64,000 bases of DNA from NCBI GenBank assembly GCA_040386535.1, contig JAZKFH010000017.1, forward strand, positions 64,001-128,000. Direction: 5' to 3'. This document shows positions 9,803-19,011 of the stretch, in pieces (position 1 is the stretch's first letter; each line of letters begins with the position of its first letter). Under the pieces are notes generated by a model that saw only the letters and a program-made list of their open reading frames with translations, was not told the DNA's origin and searched no databases. Source of the DNA: Myxococcota bacterium (GTDB lineage Bacteria; Myxococcota_A; UBA796; SXON01). The position numbers and the translations under genes are program-made.

Positions 9803-10000
9803 ACCCGACAAAGATCGCCTCACTCCCGGTCGTGAGGCCCGTTCTGTCGGGTCTCGCCGCCCAAGTGACCACCAATCCGCCTCACGCGAACGGAACAACG
9901 CCGGCTTTTTCGCGGGGGCCCCGACCAACGCTGCCGAACGCACCCAAAGACCCGACAAAACGGGCCCCAGTGCCGGCACTGACGCCCGTTCTGTCGGGTC
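9803..10000. repeat. Twin long-hairpin element A (two ~50-bp related palindromes at 9803-9852 and 9949-10000)
   Basis: acccgaca...tgtcgggt outer stems with inner stems gcctcac/gtgaggc and cagtgc/gcactg. Confidence 0.85.
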
Positions 10001-10043
10001 GCGGCAAATCGAGCAGCGCCCGCAAGCACCCCCACGCCACCCA

Positions 10044-10092
10044 GGCCGCGGTCGGCGCCTCGCCGGGCACCGCGGCCGCGTCGGTCGCCCAA
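10044..10092. repeat. 49-bp palindromic dispersed repeat, copy 1 (REP-like)
   Basis: ggccgcggtcggcgcctcgccgggcaccgcggccgcgtcggtcgcccaa; identical to 26063-26112 except for one extra C. Confidence 0.9.
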
Positions 10093-10102
10093 CCAATCAC
10101 TT

Positions 10103-10414
10103 CTATATCGGCATGTTCCAGATCGCCTGCCACCCCTCCACCGCCTTGTCCCGCACGCTCCCCATCATGCGCAGCGAGATGTTGGCCTCCTCGAGCGCGA
10201 TCATGGTGCCGTGGATGTCGACGGATTGGCCCGTCGTGACGCCGCGGAGCTTCTCGTCGGCGCCGAGCTGGGCGCCCTCGACCGAGCGGACCGCGTCGGA
10301 GAGCGCTTCGGCGAACCCGCCGGCGCCGCCCTTGCGGGTGCCTTCGACAGCGCCGATGCCACCAACGCCACCAACGCCAGCAATCCCGAACCCTCCGCCA
10401 ACACCATGCACCAC
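10103..10414 (-). CDS. fliE: Flagellar hook-basal body protein FliE
   Basis: FAEALSDAV, DIHGTMIALEEANISL and VRDKAVEGWQAIWNMPI motifs. Confidence 0.92.
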   Translation of the reverse strand: MVHGVGGGFGIAGVGGVGGIGAVEGTRKGGAGGFAEALSDAVRSVEGAQLGADEKLRGVTTGQSVDIHGTMIALEEANISLRMMGSVRDKAVEGWQAIWNMPI

Positions 10415-10416
10415 GG

Positions 10417-10842
10417 CTACCTCCCGATCTCGAGCGCCTTGCGCGCCATGTCGCGCGTGGCCTCGACGACAGAGGTGTTGGACTCGTACGTGCGGTTGGT
10501 GGTCATGAGATCGACCATCTCCTGGAGCACGTTGATGTCGGGATAGGAGACGTACCCTTCCGGATCCGCGTCCGGATGGCCGGGGTCGTAGGTGCGGATG
10601 GGCGGGCGGCCGTCGGGGCGCAGGTCGGTGACGATGACCTCGGAGGCGGCGCGGTCGAGGGCGCTGCCGAAGGGGTCGATCTCGCGCGACTCGAACACGG
10701 GGACCTGGCGTTGGTAGGGGCCGCCGGCCTCGGTGCGGGTGGTGCGGGCGTTCGCCATGTTCGACGCGATGGTCTGGAGGCGCAGGCGCTCGGCGGAGAG
10801 GCCGGAGGCGGCGACCTGGAAGGTGTCGAGCAGATCGGCCAT
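10417..10842 (-). CDS. flgC: Flagellar basal-body rod protein FlgC
   Basis: ASGLSAERLRL..IASNMANA.TTRT, YDPGHPDAD..GYV and EMVDL..NRTYESN motifs. Confidence 0.97.
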   Translation of the reverse strand: MADLLDTFQVAASGLSAERLRLQTIASNMANARTTRTEAGGPYQRQVPVFESREIDPFGSALDRAASEVIVTDLRPDGRPPIRTYDPGHPDADPEGYVSYPDINVLQEMVDLMTTNRTYESNTSVVEATRDMARKALEIGR

Positions 10843-11225
10843 CAGGCCCTCCCGTCGCTGGCGGCGAATCGCAACATGGCGAGGCGGCGGTTGAGGCCGG
10901 TCGTCACGGTGTCGAACATGAGCGAGTTGGAGGTCATGCGTACGGCCTCGTGCTCGGGTGACACGGAATTGCCGTCGAGGGTGCCCGGGGGCGCTTCGAG
11001 GAAACGGACCTCGGCGCCGTTGCCGATGGTGGGGCCCGCCTCGCCGCGCTCGGCCGCGCGGACCACGTCGGAGAGCAATTCGTCGAAGGGGATCTCCTGG
11101 GCGAGGTAGCCGGGGGTGTCCGCGTTCGCGAGGTTGCCGGCGGTGAGCAGGTGTTGGGCGGAGCGGAGATCGAGCACCCGCTCCATCCCCATCGTGAGGC
11201 CGTCGACGAGGCGGAAGCCGTCCAT
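10842..11225 (-). CDS. flgB: Flagellar basal-body rod protein FlgB
   Basis: NLANADTPGY and DGNSVS motifs; start MDGFRL at 11225. Confidence 0.93.
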   Translation of the reverse strand: MDGFRLVDGLTMGMERVLDLRSAQHLLTAGNLANADTPGYLAQEIPFDELLSDVVRAAERGEAGPTIGNGAEVRFLEAPPGTLDGNSVSPEHEAVRMTSNSLMFDTVTTGLNRRLAMLRFAASDGRA

Positions 11226-11226
11226 G

Positions 11227-13434
11227 TCAGGTTCCTTCGGTGGGAGGGGCGGGCGAGAGGCGGGCACGGAGGAGCGCGTCGGCCACGTCGTCCGCGGCGA
11301 TGCGGCGCCAGGTGCCGTCGGGAGGAGTGCCGGCGAGGACCTCGGCCCACGCCGTCGTAGAGGGATCGGTCAGCTTGCCCACGGCTTGAGCGGCAATCGT
11401 GCGCGACTCGTCGATTCTTCCGACCGTCGCGAGACACGCGGCGCGCGCGGTGGCGACACGACCCGCGGAAAGGTCGGCGGGGAGCGGATCGAGGGCGAGC
11501 GCGTCGACCACGGGGGCGGCCCCGTCCACACCAACATACGCCGCGCAACGCCCAGCCTCGGCGTCCACCAGCGCGATGCGCACCCGCGCCTCGCCCGCCG
11601 CCGGCCCCTCCACGTCACCAGCCACCAAGGTCCAGGCGGCGCGCGCCCCGTCGACGTCGCCCTGATCGAGCAGGACGCGCCCGCGCAGGATCCCGGCGCG
11701 GGCCACAGTGGCGGGCTCCGGGGGGCGGGTCGCGAGGAAATCGAGGGTGTCGAGGGCCTCGGTGGGGCGGCCGGTCCGGCGGTAGATCTCGGCGACGGCG
11801 AGGATGGTGGCGCGATCGTCGAGGCCCCGGCGGCCCTCGACCTCGGCCACGACGCCGAGGGTGTGGAGCGCCTCTTCGTCGAGTCCCGCGCGCATGTAGG
11901 CCGCGGCGACGGCCGCGAGGGGCGCCGGATCGGTCACGTGCGCGGTGAGGCCCGGGCGCCACGCCACGATGTGCGCGGCGAGCCCGTCGATGTCGTGGCC
12001 CGCGGCGAGCTGGCCGCCGACCGTGCGCGCCCACACGGCTTGGAGACGCACGCCGGGCTCGCCCGCGAGGAGCGCGCGCCGCCGATCGACGAGGGCGCCC
12101 CAGGCGCGCAGGGCCAGGGCGTCGTCGCCGAGGCGCTCGCCGATCTGGCCGAGGAGGAACAGGGCCTCGGTGCCCTCGACCTCGGCGGCGCCGCTGCCAT
12201 CGCTCCCGCTCCGGGCACCCAGGACGGCCGCGCGCTCGAGCGTGGGCACCATGGCGGGCCAGAGGTTGGGCGACTGCCGCAAGAGCGCCACGAGCCGGGT
12301 GCGGGAGCGCGCGAGGCCGCTCCAGCGGGTGGGCGTCGTGGCAGCGGGGAGATCGCCCAGGACGATGTCGGCGCCCTCGGGATCGCCGGCGAGCAGGCGC
12401 GCGTCGGCGAGGAGGAGGCGGGCCATGGCGCCGCGTTCGCCGTCGGCAGCGAGGGCGCGTTCGAGCACGGGGGCGGCCTCGGTCCAGCAGCCGGCGCGGA
12501 GCAGCAGGGCGCCCGCGAGGAGGGCGGGCTCGGGGGCCGAATTGGGAGAGAGCGTGGTGGCGGCGAGCGCGCGGCCGATGGCGGCGGGGGCGGGATCGCC
12601 GGTGAGCAGGGAGACCGTCGCGAGCACGGACGACACGGGCGCGTCGGGGGCGCCGGCCTTGCGGGCCACGTCGGCGGCGTCGCGGGCGTCGGCCCACGCG
12701 TGCAGCGCGAGCAGGGCGCCAGCGCGCTGGAGCTCGGCGACACCCGCGGGGGCCCCGGCTTGGGAGTCACTGCCGCCTTGGGAGCCACCGGCTCCAGCGG
12801 TCGCGGCGGACTCGAAGTAATACGCGGCCTCGCGCAGATGGCCGAGGTCGCGGTGCTGGGCGCCGAGCTCGTAGAGGGCGCGCGCGCGGTCGGTCGCGAT
12901 GGCGCCACCCTCCGGAAGACCGGCACCGAACAGTTGGGACCGGAGCGTCGTGACACGCTCCCACGACGCACCAACGGGCTCCGCCGCCTCCCACCGCGGC
13001 ATCGCGAGCACGAAGGTGTCCGGCGCGAACTCGTGCACCATGTCGGCGCCGCGCAGGGGCACGAGCGGAACGCCGGGCGTGCCGACACACTCCGCGTTGG
13101 TGGACGGCGCGGGCCCGACGGGCACCGCCACGGCCTCCCACCCCTCCCCCACCCGCTCGATCGCGAGCGTGTCGTTCGGATCGCGCATCCACACGGTGAC
13201 GACCTGGTGGCCGCCCATGTCGGTGACACGTCCGGTGCGGACGCCGTCGGCGGGCGGGCCGCGGAAGAGCGTCTGCAGGCCCCGATCGCCGCCGTGGACG
13301 AGGATCTCGACGCGGCCGGGCTCGACGGGCGGGAGCACCTCGACCGTGGCGCCCGGGGGCGCGGCGATGCGGAGGGGCGCGGCGTGGGCATCAATGCCAA
13401 AAAAAATGCTGACGAATGCCAGTGCCAGGATCAC
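11227..13434 (-). CDS. Exported TPR-rich protein in the flagellar operon (candidate motor accessory/scaffold)
   Basis: GTG 13434 overlaps the upstream TGA; signal VILALAFVSIFFGIDAHA; N-terminal beta-rich segment followed by many TPR-like helices. Confidence 0.75.
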   Translation of the reverse strand: MILALAFVSIFFGIDAHAAPLRIAAPPGATVEVLPPVEPGRVEILVHGGDRGLQTLFRGPPADGVRTGRVTDMGGHQVVTVWMRDPNDTLAIERVGEGWEAVAVPVGPAPSTNAECVGTPGVPLVPLRGADMVHEFAPDTFVLAMPRWEAAEPVGASWERVTTLRSQLFGAGLPEGGAIATDRARALYELGAQHRDLGHLREAAYYFESAATAGAGGSQGGSDSQAGAPAGVAELQRAGALLALHAWADARDAADVARKAGAPDAPVSSVLATVSLLTGDPAPAAIGRALAATTLSPNSAPEPALLAGALLLRAGCWTEAAPVLERALAADGERGAMARLLLADARLLAGDPEGADIVLGDLPAATTPTRWSGLARSRTRLVALLRQSPNLWPAMVPTLERAAVLGARSGSDGSGAAEVEGTEALFLLGQIGERLGDDALALRAWGALVDRRRALLAGEPGVRLQAVWARTVGGQLAAGHDIDGLAAHIVAWRPGLTAHVTDPAPLAAVAAAYMRAGLDEEALHTLGVVAEVEGRRGLDDRATILAVAEIYRRTGRPTEALDTLDFLATRPPEPATVARAGILRGRVLLDQGDVDGARAAWTLVAGDVEGPAAGEARVRIALVDAEAGRCAAYVGVDGAAPVVDALALDPLPADLSAGRVATARAACLATVGRIDESRTIAAQAVGKLTDPSTTAWAEVLAGTPPDGTWRRIAADDVADALLRARLSPAPPTEGT

Positions 13435-14006
13435 GGGATCACCATCGAGAGGCCGAGGGAGACGCGGAGAGCCCCGAGATCGAGGCCACACGGCGCGCCG
13501 CCACAGTTGTCGTGCGGAGGGCGCACGGTGAGCCGGCCGCCGACGCCGCCGACAACGGCGACCTGGAGCCGATTTGGGTCCGGGCCGCGCAAGGAGGGCG
13601 CGGAGAGCGCGCTGACATCCAACCGCGCCTCGACCTGGCCCACCACGCCCACCTTGGTCCCGCTGTACCCGACGGCGCCGGACGTACCCGCCTGCTCGGC
13701 CCACGGCACCACGGTAGGGCCGAAACCGACGGCGAGATCGAGCGCGCCGGCGTCGAGACGGGGCCCGACCACGGCGGACACGGGGGCGTACCAGAACCAG
13801 GTCGTCTCTTCCTTGGATGCCAACGTGGCATCCACGAGCTTGCCACCCAAGCGGCGGTAGCCAACGGCCACCTGGGCTTCGAGGTGGTAGGGCAACGTCA
13901 CGCGCGCGGTGACCTCGCCCGAGAGCGACGTGGTGCCGTAGACGCGGCCGATCTGCTCGTCGTTGAGGGCCTCACCCACCAGGGAGAGGGCGAGGGCGGC
14001 GATCAC
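13431..14006 (-). CDS. Hypothetical exported protein, probable small outer-membrane beta-barrel
   Basis: GTGA overlap; hydrophobic N-terminus; amphipathic strands (LEAQVAVGYRR, LRVSLGLSMV). Confidence 0.65.
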   Translation of the reverse strand: MIAALALSLVGEALNDEQIGRVYGTTSLSGEVTARVTLPYHLEAQVAVGYRRLGGKLVDATLASKEETTWFWYAPVSAVVGPRLDAGALDLAVGFGPTVVPWAEQAGTSGAVGYSGTKVGVVGQVEARLDVSALSAPSLRGPDPNRLQVAVVGGVGGRLTVRPPHDNCGGAPCGLDLGALRVSLGLSMVIP

Positions 14007-14308
14007 GACGGGGCCGACGCGGAGCGCGCCCCCTGGTTGGCGCCGTACCCACGCACGGCGCGGCGGCCCACCGCGGTGGTGGCGATCCGCTCGTCGAGGC
14101 GGACACAACTCTGGGCAAGCGCGGTGGACACGCGCGCGACGGACGCGGCGAGGCGACGGCGCGCTTCCAAGTCGGCGCCCACGGCGGCGTCGGCCGCGGC
14201 GGAGGCGAGCGCTTCGAGCTCGGTGATCTCGGGGCACTCGCTCCGATCGAGGCGGAAGGCGAGCCCGTCCAGGCGGGCCAGGAGGGACTCGACGGGGTCG
14301 CGGCTCAT
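14003..14308 (-). CDS. Putative FliT-like chaperone
   Basis: 101-aa helical protein directly after fliS; GRRAVRGYG C-terminal motif. Confidence 0.5.
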   Translation of the reverse strand: MSRDPVESLLARLDGLAFRLDRSECPEITELEALASAAADAAVGADLEARRRLAASVARVSTALAQSCVRLDERIATTAVGRRAVRGYGANQGARSASAPS

Positions 14309-14724
14309 CCGGTCTCCTGCATGTCTTCCAATTCGGCGTCCATCGGATCCGTGTCACCGCGGTGGATGCGGAGCGCGTTGGTCCACATCGTCCGCACGGT
14401 GTCGGTCACCTTGCGCACTTCTCCCAGACGAGCGCGATCGCCGGTGCGGCCCGCCTCGGTGAGGTGGTGCATGATCCAACGGTAGGTGTCGGAGAGCGCC
14501 TTGGCGACCTCGGGCTGGGTGGTGGGATCGAGCGCTACGAGCAGCTCGACGAACACGCTGCGGGCGCCGTGGATCTCCATCAGCCAGCCGGTGCGGTCCT
14601 TGCGCACCATGGCGGCGTCGGCGGCGTCCTCTCGTCGTAACGCGGCCTCGACGAGCATGACGATGAGCTCCTCGTTGGGGGCGCTCTCGATGTTGGTTTT
14701 CCGGTAGGAGTCGATGGCCCGCAT
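14305..14724 (-). CDS. fliS: Flagellin export chaperone FliS
   Basis: YRKTNIESA..ELIVML, EL..ALD, VAKALSDTY and V..W pattern; start MRAIDSY. Confidence 0.85.
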   Translation of the reverse strand: MRAIDSYRKTNIESAPNEELIVMLVEAALRREDAADAAMVRKDRTGWLMEIHGARSVFVELLVALDPTTQPEVAKALSDTYRWIMHHLTEAGRTGDRARLGEVRKVTDTVRTMWTNALRIHRGDTDPMDAELEDMQETG

Positions 14725-14725
14725 G

Positions 14726-16072
14726 TCAATCCTCGCTGGAGGACGAAGGGAGGAGCGCGGAGATGGCGGAGCCCGCGGTCTGGAAACGTGACATCGCAAG
14801 CTCCATCGCGGTGAACTGTTTCTGGAGGCGCGCGCGGTAGGCGTCGAGGTGGTCCTGGAAGTCGTCGATCCGCTTGGTGAGCGTCTCGAGCTGGGTGTCC
14901 AGGGAGTCGCCGCGCGCGGTGAGCGTGCCGGTGTCCTCGTCGGTGAACCGATCGATCGTGCCGGCGATGCTGGCAAAGGCGCCGGTCTCGCCCGTGGCGA
15001 GGGCGACCACACCTTCGAAATCGGTGGAGAGGGCCTCGCGGAGCTTGTCCTCGTCGAGCTCGAGGTCGCCGTTCTGGGCCGTGGTGAGGCCGAGGGCGCC
15101 GAGCGCGTTCTTGGCGCCGCTGCCGTAGGAGGCGGACAGCGCGGTCTGGAGCCGCTGCATGACCGCGCGGGGCTCGCTCTCGCCGACGAAGGCGCCGTGG
15201 ATGTTCTCGTCGGGGTTCCAGGTCCGCTGCGCGCGGATCTGGCTCATGACGGCGTTCCAGCTGCTCACGACGGTCTGCACGCGCTGGACCATGGTGTCGG
15301 GGTCACGCGCCACGTTCACGTCGACCGCGGCGGTCGTGGTGGCGTAGAGGTTGAGGTGGAGGCCCTGGATCGCGCCGTCGATCTCGTTGTCCGCATCGGT
15401 GACGGTCGTGCCGTTGATGACGACCTCGGCGTCCACCGCCGGGGTGACCGTCGTGAACGAGGGCACTTGCCCGGTGCCGCCGTCGAGCCCCGAGGTGTCG
15501 ATGACTACGGCGTTGTCGGCGCCCGTGGCGTTGCCGCCGATGACGAGGCGGTAGGGGGCGGTCGCGTCCCCGGTGTCCATGATGTAGGCGGTGGCGCCGC
15601 CGGCCTGCTCGTTGATGGCGGCCACGAGATCGTCGAGCGTGTCACCCGCGCCGACGGTGATGTCGGTCTGCGTGCCGTCGATGGTGAGCGAGAGCGTGCC
15701 GGTCGCGACGATCCCGGCGGTGTCACGCGACGTGAAGCCGGCGGACACGTCCATGGAGGCGCGCGCCAGGCGGTTGACCTGGACTTCGAAGCGGCCGACG
15801 ACCGCGTCGCCGTCTGCCGTGACGCCCACGGCGTCGTCGTTGTTGGAGCGCGCGGTGACCGAGCGCAGCTCGTTTGGTTCGTCGATGGCGGTGAGGGCCT
15901 CCTGGAGGGAGGTCAGGCGCGCCGACAAGGTCGCGTAGGCTTCCTTGCGCGTATCGAGCGTGTCCTTCTGGTTCTCCATGATGATCTTGGTGCGCCCGGA
16001 CGCGGCGACCAGGCCATCCACGAGCGCGCCCGTGTCGATGCCGGAGACGAGTCCACCTACTGACGTTGCCAT
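14726..16072 (-). CDS. fliD: Flagellar filament cap FliD
   Basis: GLVSGIDT, VNRLA, TLDDLVAAIN and RLQKQFTAME motifs. Confidence 0.95.
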   Translation of the reverse strand: MATSVGGLVSGIDTGALVDGLVAASGRTKIIMENQKDTLDTRKEAYATLSARLTSLQEALTAIDEPNELRSVTARSNNDDAVGVTADGDAVVGRFEVQVNRLARASMDVSAGFTSRDTAGIVATGTLSLTIDGTQTDITVGAGDTLDDLVAAINEQAGGATAYIMDTGDATAPYRLVIGGNATGADNAVVIDTSGLDGGTGQVPSFTTVTPAVDAEVVINGTTVTDADNEIDGAIQGLHLNLYATTTAAVDVNVARDPDTMVQRVQTVVSSWNAVMSQIRAQRTWNPDENIHGAFVGESEPRAVMQRLQTALSASYGSGAKNALGALGLTTAQNGDLELDEDKLREALSTDFEGVVALATGETGAFASIAGTIDRFTDEDTGTLTARGDSLDTQLETLTKRIDDFQDHLDAYRARLQKQFTAMELAMSRFQTAGSAISALLPSSSSED

Positions 16073-16112
16073 GGTGTCCTCTCGTTCGGAAGGTCAGCGA
16101 GTGCCACGAAAA

Positions 16113-16946
16113 TCAGCCCTGGAGGAGGGAGAGGGCGGACTGGTTGATGCCCTTGGCCTGCGTCAGGACGGACACGCCGGCCTGCTGGAGGACCTGGTGC
16201 TGCGCGAGCGCCGCGGTCTCCTTGCCGAAGTCGGCGTCGCGGATGCGGCTCTCGGCCTCGAGCGTGGTCTGCTCGAAGGTCTCGAGGTTGTTCAGCGCGT
16301 TGCCGAGGCGGTTCTCCGCCGCGCCGTAGCCGGAGCGGTAGGAGCTGACCGTGCGGATCGCCGCGTCGATGTCGGTCAACGCGGCGGAGGCGCCGGCGGC
16401 CGTCGACATGTCGATCGTGCCGGTGTCGACCCCGAGGGTCGAGGACGACAGGTCACCCAGGGTGATGGAGATCTGGTCGTTCACCGTGTTGTGGATGCCG
16501 ACCTGCACGCCGATCGTCGTGACCGATCCGTTCGTGAGCGACTGGCCGTTGAACTCGGTGACGGCGGCGATGCGCCCCACTTCGCCCGCGAGCGCGGTGT
16601 ACTCCTGCTGGACGTAGGCGCGCTCGTCGTTGTCGAGGGTCTCGGAGGCGCCCTGGACCGCGAGCTCGCGCATGCGGACGAGGATGTTGCCGACCTCGGC
16701 GGAGGCGCCTTCCGCGATGGCGATGATGCTCACGCCGTCGTTGGTGTTGCGCTGGGCAACCGCCGCGGAGGTGTGGGCGGCGCGCAGGTTCTCGGCGACA
16801 CCGACGCCGGCCGCGTCGTCCGCGGCGCGGGCGATGCGTTGACCGGACGAGATGCGCTCGAAGGAGCGCGAGAGCGCACGGGTGGTGCGATTGAGATCCT
16901 TCAGGGCGCCGAGGCTCGCCGTGTTGGTCCGTACGTTGATGGCCAT
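16113..16946 (-). CDS. fliC: Flagellin (short, ~277 aa), copy 2
   Basis: ERISSGQRIARAADDAAG, NILVRMRELAVQ and ESRIRDADFGKE motifs. Confidence 0.97.
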   Translation of the reverse strand: MAINVRTNTASLGALKDLNRTTRALSRSFERISSGQRIARAADDAAGVGVAENLRAAHTSAAVAQRNTNDGVSIIAIAEGASAEVGNILVRMRELAVQGASETLDNDERAYVQQEYTALAGEVGRIAAVTEFNGQSLTNGSVTTIGVQVGIHNTVNDQISITLGDLSSSTLGVDTGTIDMSTAAGASAALTDIDAAIRTVSSYRSGYGAAENRLGNALNNLETFEQTTLEAESRIRDADFGKETAALAQHQVLQQAGVSVLTQAKGINQSALSLLQG

Positions 16947-17002
16947 GTTCTTACTTCCCGTTCGAGGGTTTGTGGACACGGGCCATGCCCCGTGCAGGAG
17001 AT

Positions 17003-17029
17003 GTTTCGGTCGCCGGGGGCGGGAGTTGA
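17003..17029 (-). promoter_or_regulatory. Sigma28-like promoter of flagellin 2
   Basis: TCAA-N15-ACCGAAAC on the minus strand versus consensus TAAA-N15-GCCGATAA. Confidence 0.7.
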
Positions 17030-17052
17030 GGAAAAAGGATCGGCCAACGGAA

Positions 17053-17092
17053 GGAAAACGAAGAAACGCCCGGCCGAGGCCGAGCGTTTCTT
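17053..17092 (-). terminator. Rho-independent terminator after flagellin 1
   Basis: Hairpin aagaaacgc..ggc/gcc..gcgtttctt followed by a U-rich tail on the minus strand. Confidence 0.75.
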
Positions 17093-17127
17093 GGAGCTAC
17101 TTCTGGATCCGCGGTCGATCCAGGAGG

Positions 17128-17958
17128 CTAGTTGAGGAGCCCCAGCGCCGCCTGGCCGATGCTCTTGGCCTGCGAGAGCACCGAGGTGCCCGCCTGCTGG
17201 AGCACCTGGTTCTGCGACAGGTTCGCCGTCTCCTTGCCGAAGTCGACGTCCCGGACGCGGCTCTCCGCCTCGAGCGTGGTCTGCTCGAACGTCTCGAGGT
17301 TGTTGAGCGCGTTGCCGAGGCGGTTCTCCACGGAGCCGTAGTCGGCGCGGTAGCTGTTGACCGTGTCGATCGCCGCGTCGATGTCGGTGAGCGCGTCGGA
17401 CGCGCCGGACGCGGTGGACATGTCGATCGTGGAGGTGTCGACGCCGAGCGTGGAGCTCGAGAGATCGCCGAGGCTGACGGTGATCGTGTCGTTGGACGTG
17501 TTGTGGATGCCGACCTGCACGCCGATGCCGGTGAGCGACCCGTCGGTGAGCGCCTGACCGTTGAACTCGGTGACGCCGGCGATGCGGTCCACTTCGCCGG
17601 AGAGCGCGGTGAACTCGGACTGCACGTAGGCGCGCTCGTCGTCGTTGAGGGTCTCGGAGGCGCCCTGGACCGCGAGCTCGCGCATGCGGACGAGGATGTT
17701 GCCGACCTCGGAGGAGGCGCCTTCCGCCACGGCGATGATGCTCATGCCGTCGTTGGTGTTGCGCTGGGCGACGGACGCCGAGGTGTGCGCCGCGCGGAGG
17801 TTCTCGGCCACGCCGACACCGGCCGCGTCGTCCGCGGCGCGCGAGATGCGCAAGCCGGAGGAGATCCGCTCGAAGGAGCGCGAGAGGGCGCGGGTGGTCT
17901 TGTTCAGATCGCCGAGCGCGTTGGAAGCGGTGGTGTTGGTCTTGAGGGTGATCGCCAT
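17128..17958 (-). CDS. fliC: Flagellin (short, ~276 aa), copy 1
   Basis: ERISSGLRISRAADDAAG, ESRVRDVDFGKE and QAGTSVLSQA motifs. Confidence 0.97.
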   Translation of the reverse strand: MAITLKTNTTASNALGDLNKTTRALSRSFERISSGLRISRAADDAAGVGVAENLRAAHTSASVAQRNTNDGMSIIAVAEGASSEVGNILVRMRELAVQGASETLNDDERAYVQSEFTALSGEVDRIAGVTEFNGQALTDGSLTGIGVQVGIHNTSNDTITVSLGDLSSSTLGVDTSTIDMSTASGASDALTDIDAAIDTVNSYRADYGSVENRLGNALNNLETFEQTTLEAESRVRDVDFGKETANLSQNQVLQQAGTSVLSQAKSIGQAALGLLN

Positions 17959-18041
17959 GGACATTCCCAGGTGGATGCCCCCTTGCTCACGATCCAGCAG
18001 GCGGGCGGTTCGACAGATACGGGCCGAAGGGCCCGTGGACT

Positions 18042-18068
18042 TCATCGGCTGGGTGGGCGGAGTCTCCA
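18042..18068 (-). promoter_or_regulatory. Sigma28-like promoter of flagellin 1
   Basis: TGGA-N15-GCCGATGA; -10 element is 7/8 consensus. Confidence 0.55.
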
Positions 18069-18074
18069 CTCCTT

Positions 18075-18102
18075 TGTGTGGGGAATTCTGTGTGGAGAAT
18101 TC
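18075..18102. repeat. 14-bp tandem direct repeat upstream of the flagellin 1 promoter (candidate operator)
   Basis: tgtgtggggaattc followed by tgtgtggagaattc. Confidence 0.7.
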
Positions 18103-18132
18103 TCACCCTTCCCTGCGACCGCCAGCCCGTGC

Positions 18133-19011
18133 CTACCCGAGGTAGTCGAGCAGCGACTTGGTGGTCGTGGAGGCCGCGATCTGGAGCGTCGATTCGTAGG
18201 CGCTCTTGAGCTCGGTCAGCCGCGTGTAGGTCTCGATGGGATCGGCGCCCACCAGCGCGTCGAGGCGCTCGGCGAACAACACGCCCATCGCGTCGGACAC
18301 GGCGGAGGCGTCCTCCGCGATCTGTGTCTCGACGCCGATCTGCGCGCGGGCGTCGCTCACGGCCTGGATGGCGCCGTCGACGTTGTCGAGCGAGGTGCCG
18401 ACGCCCGTGGCGTCGTTCGATTCGAGCGCGGTGGCGAGGCCTTCGAGCGCGCCGAAGACGTCGGCGGATCCGTTGAGGATCCCGGAGCCGTCGAAGCCGC
18501 CGGACACCCAGCGATCCTCGGCAACGCGCACCTCGGACGGCGCGGTGCCACCCGAATACGTGCCATCGGCGGCGAAGGGTTGGGTGTCCCAATTCCGGCC
18601 GGCGAACACGAAGCGGTCGCCGAATTGGGTGTTGGCGGCGGCGCGCAACGTCTCCTGCAGGCCGCGCACCTCGATCGCGGCGGCGGCGCGGGCCTCGGCG
18701 TCGACCGTGTCACCCGCCATCGCGACGGCGAGCTCCTTGGCGCGCACGAGCACGTCGGCCACGCTGGAGAGCGCGGCGTCGGCGGTGGTCTGGAGGCTCA
18801 TCGAGGCGGAGGCGTTCTTGCTCCACACGTCCTGATCGGCGGCCGCGGAGGCCATCTTCTGGGCGGCCCCGTACGCGACGGGATCGTCGGACGCGGATTG
18901 GACTGCGAGGCCGGTGACCGCGCGCGACTGCATCTCCGCCAACGCCGCGCCCTGCCGGGCCGACTGCGTGCGGACCAGATCGAACAACGAGGCGCGCGGG
19001 ACGCGGATCAT
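18133..19011 (-). CDS. flgL: Hook-filament junction protein FlgL
   Basis: TG..VQSASDDP, AANTQFGDRFVFAG and AYESTLQ..SLLDYL motifs. Confidence 0.93.
   Translation of the reverse strand: MIRVPRASLFDLVRTQSARQGAALAEMQSRAVTGLAVQSASDDPVAYGAAQKMASAAADQDVWSKNASASMSLQTTADAALSSVADVLVRAKELAVAMAGDTVDAEARAAAAIEVRGLQETLRAAANTQFGDRFVFAGRNWDTQPFAADGTYSGGTAPSEVRVAEDRWVSGGFDGSGILNGSADVFGALEGLATALESNDATGVGTSLDNVDGAIQAVSDARAQIGVETQIAEDASAVSDAMGVLFAERLDALVGADPIETYTRLTELKSAYESTLQIAASTTTKSLLDYLG

Noticed and set aside
11116..13860. Very long alternative-frame ORFs (e.g. 11116-13860+, 32760-36137+, 40153-42855+, 50849-54799-)
   Set aside because: Antisense shadows of real high-GC genes; Arg/Gly/Ala-rich with no motifs. 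Only the tail of 32760-36137 (from 35724) is a real gene
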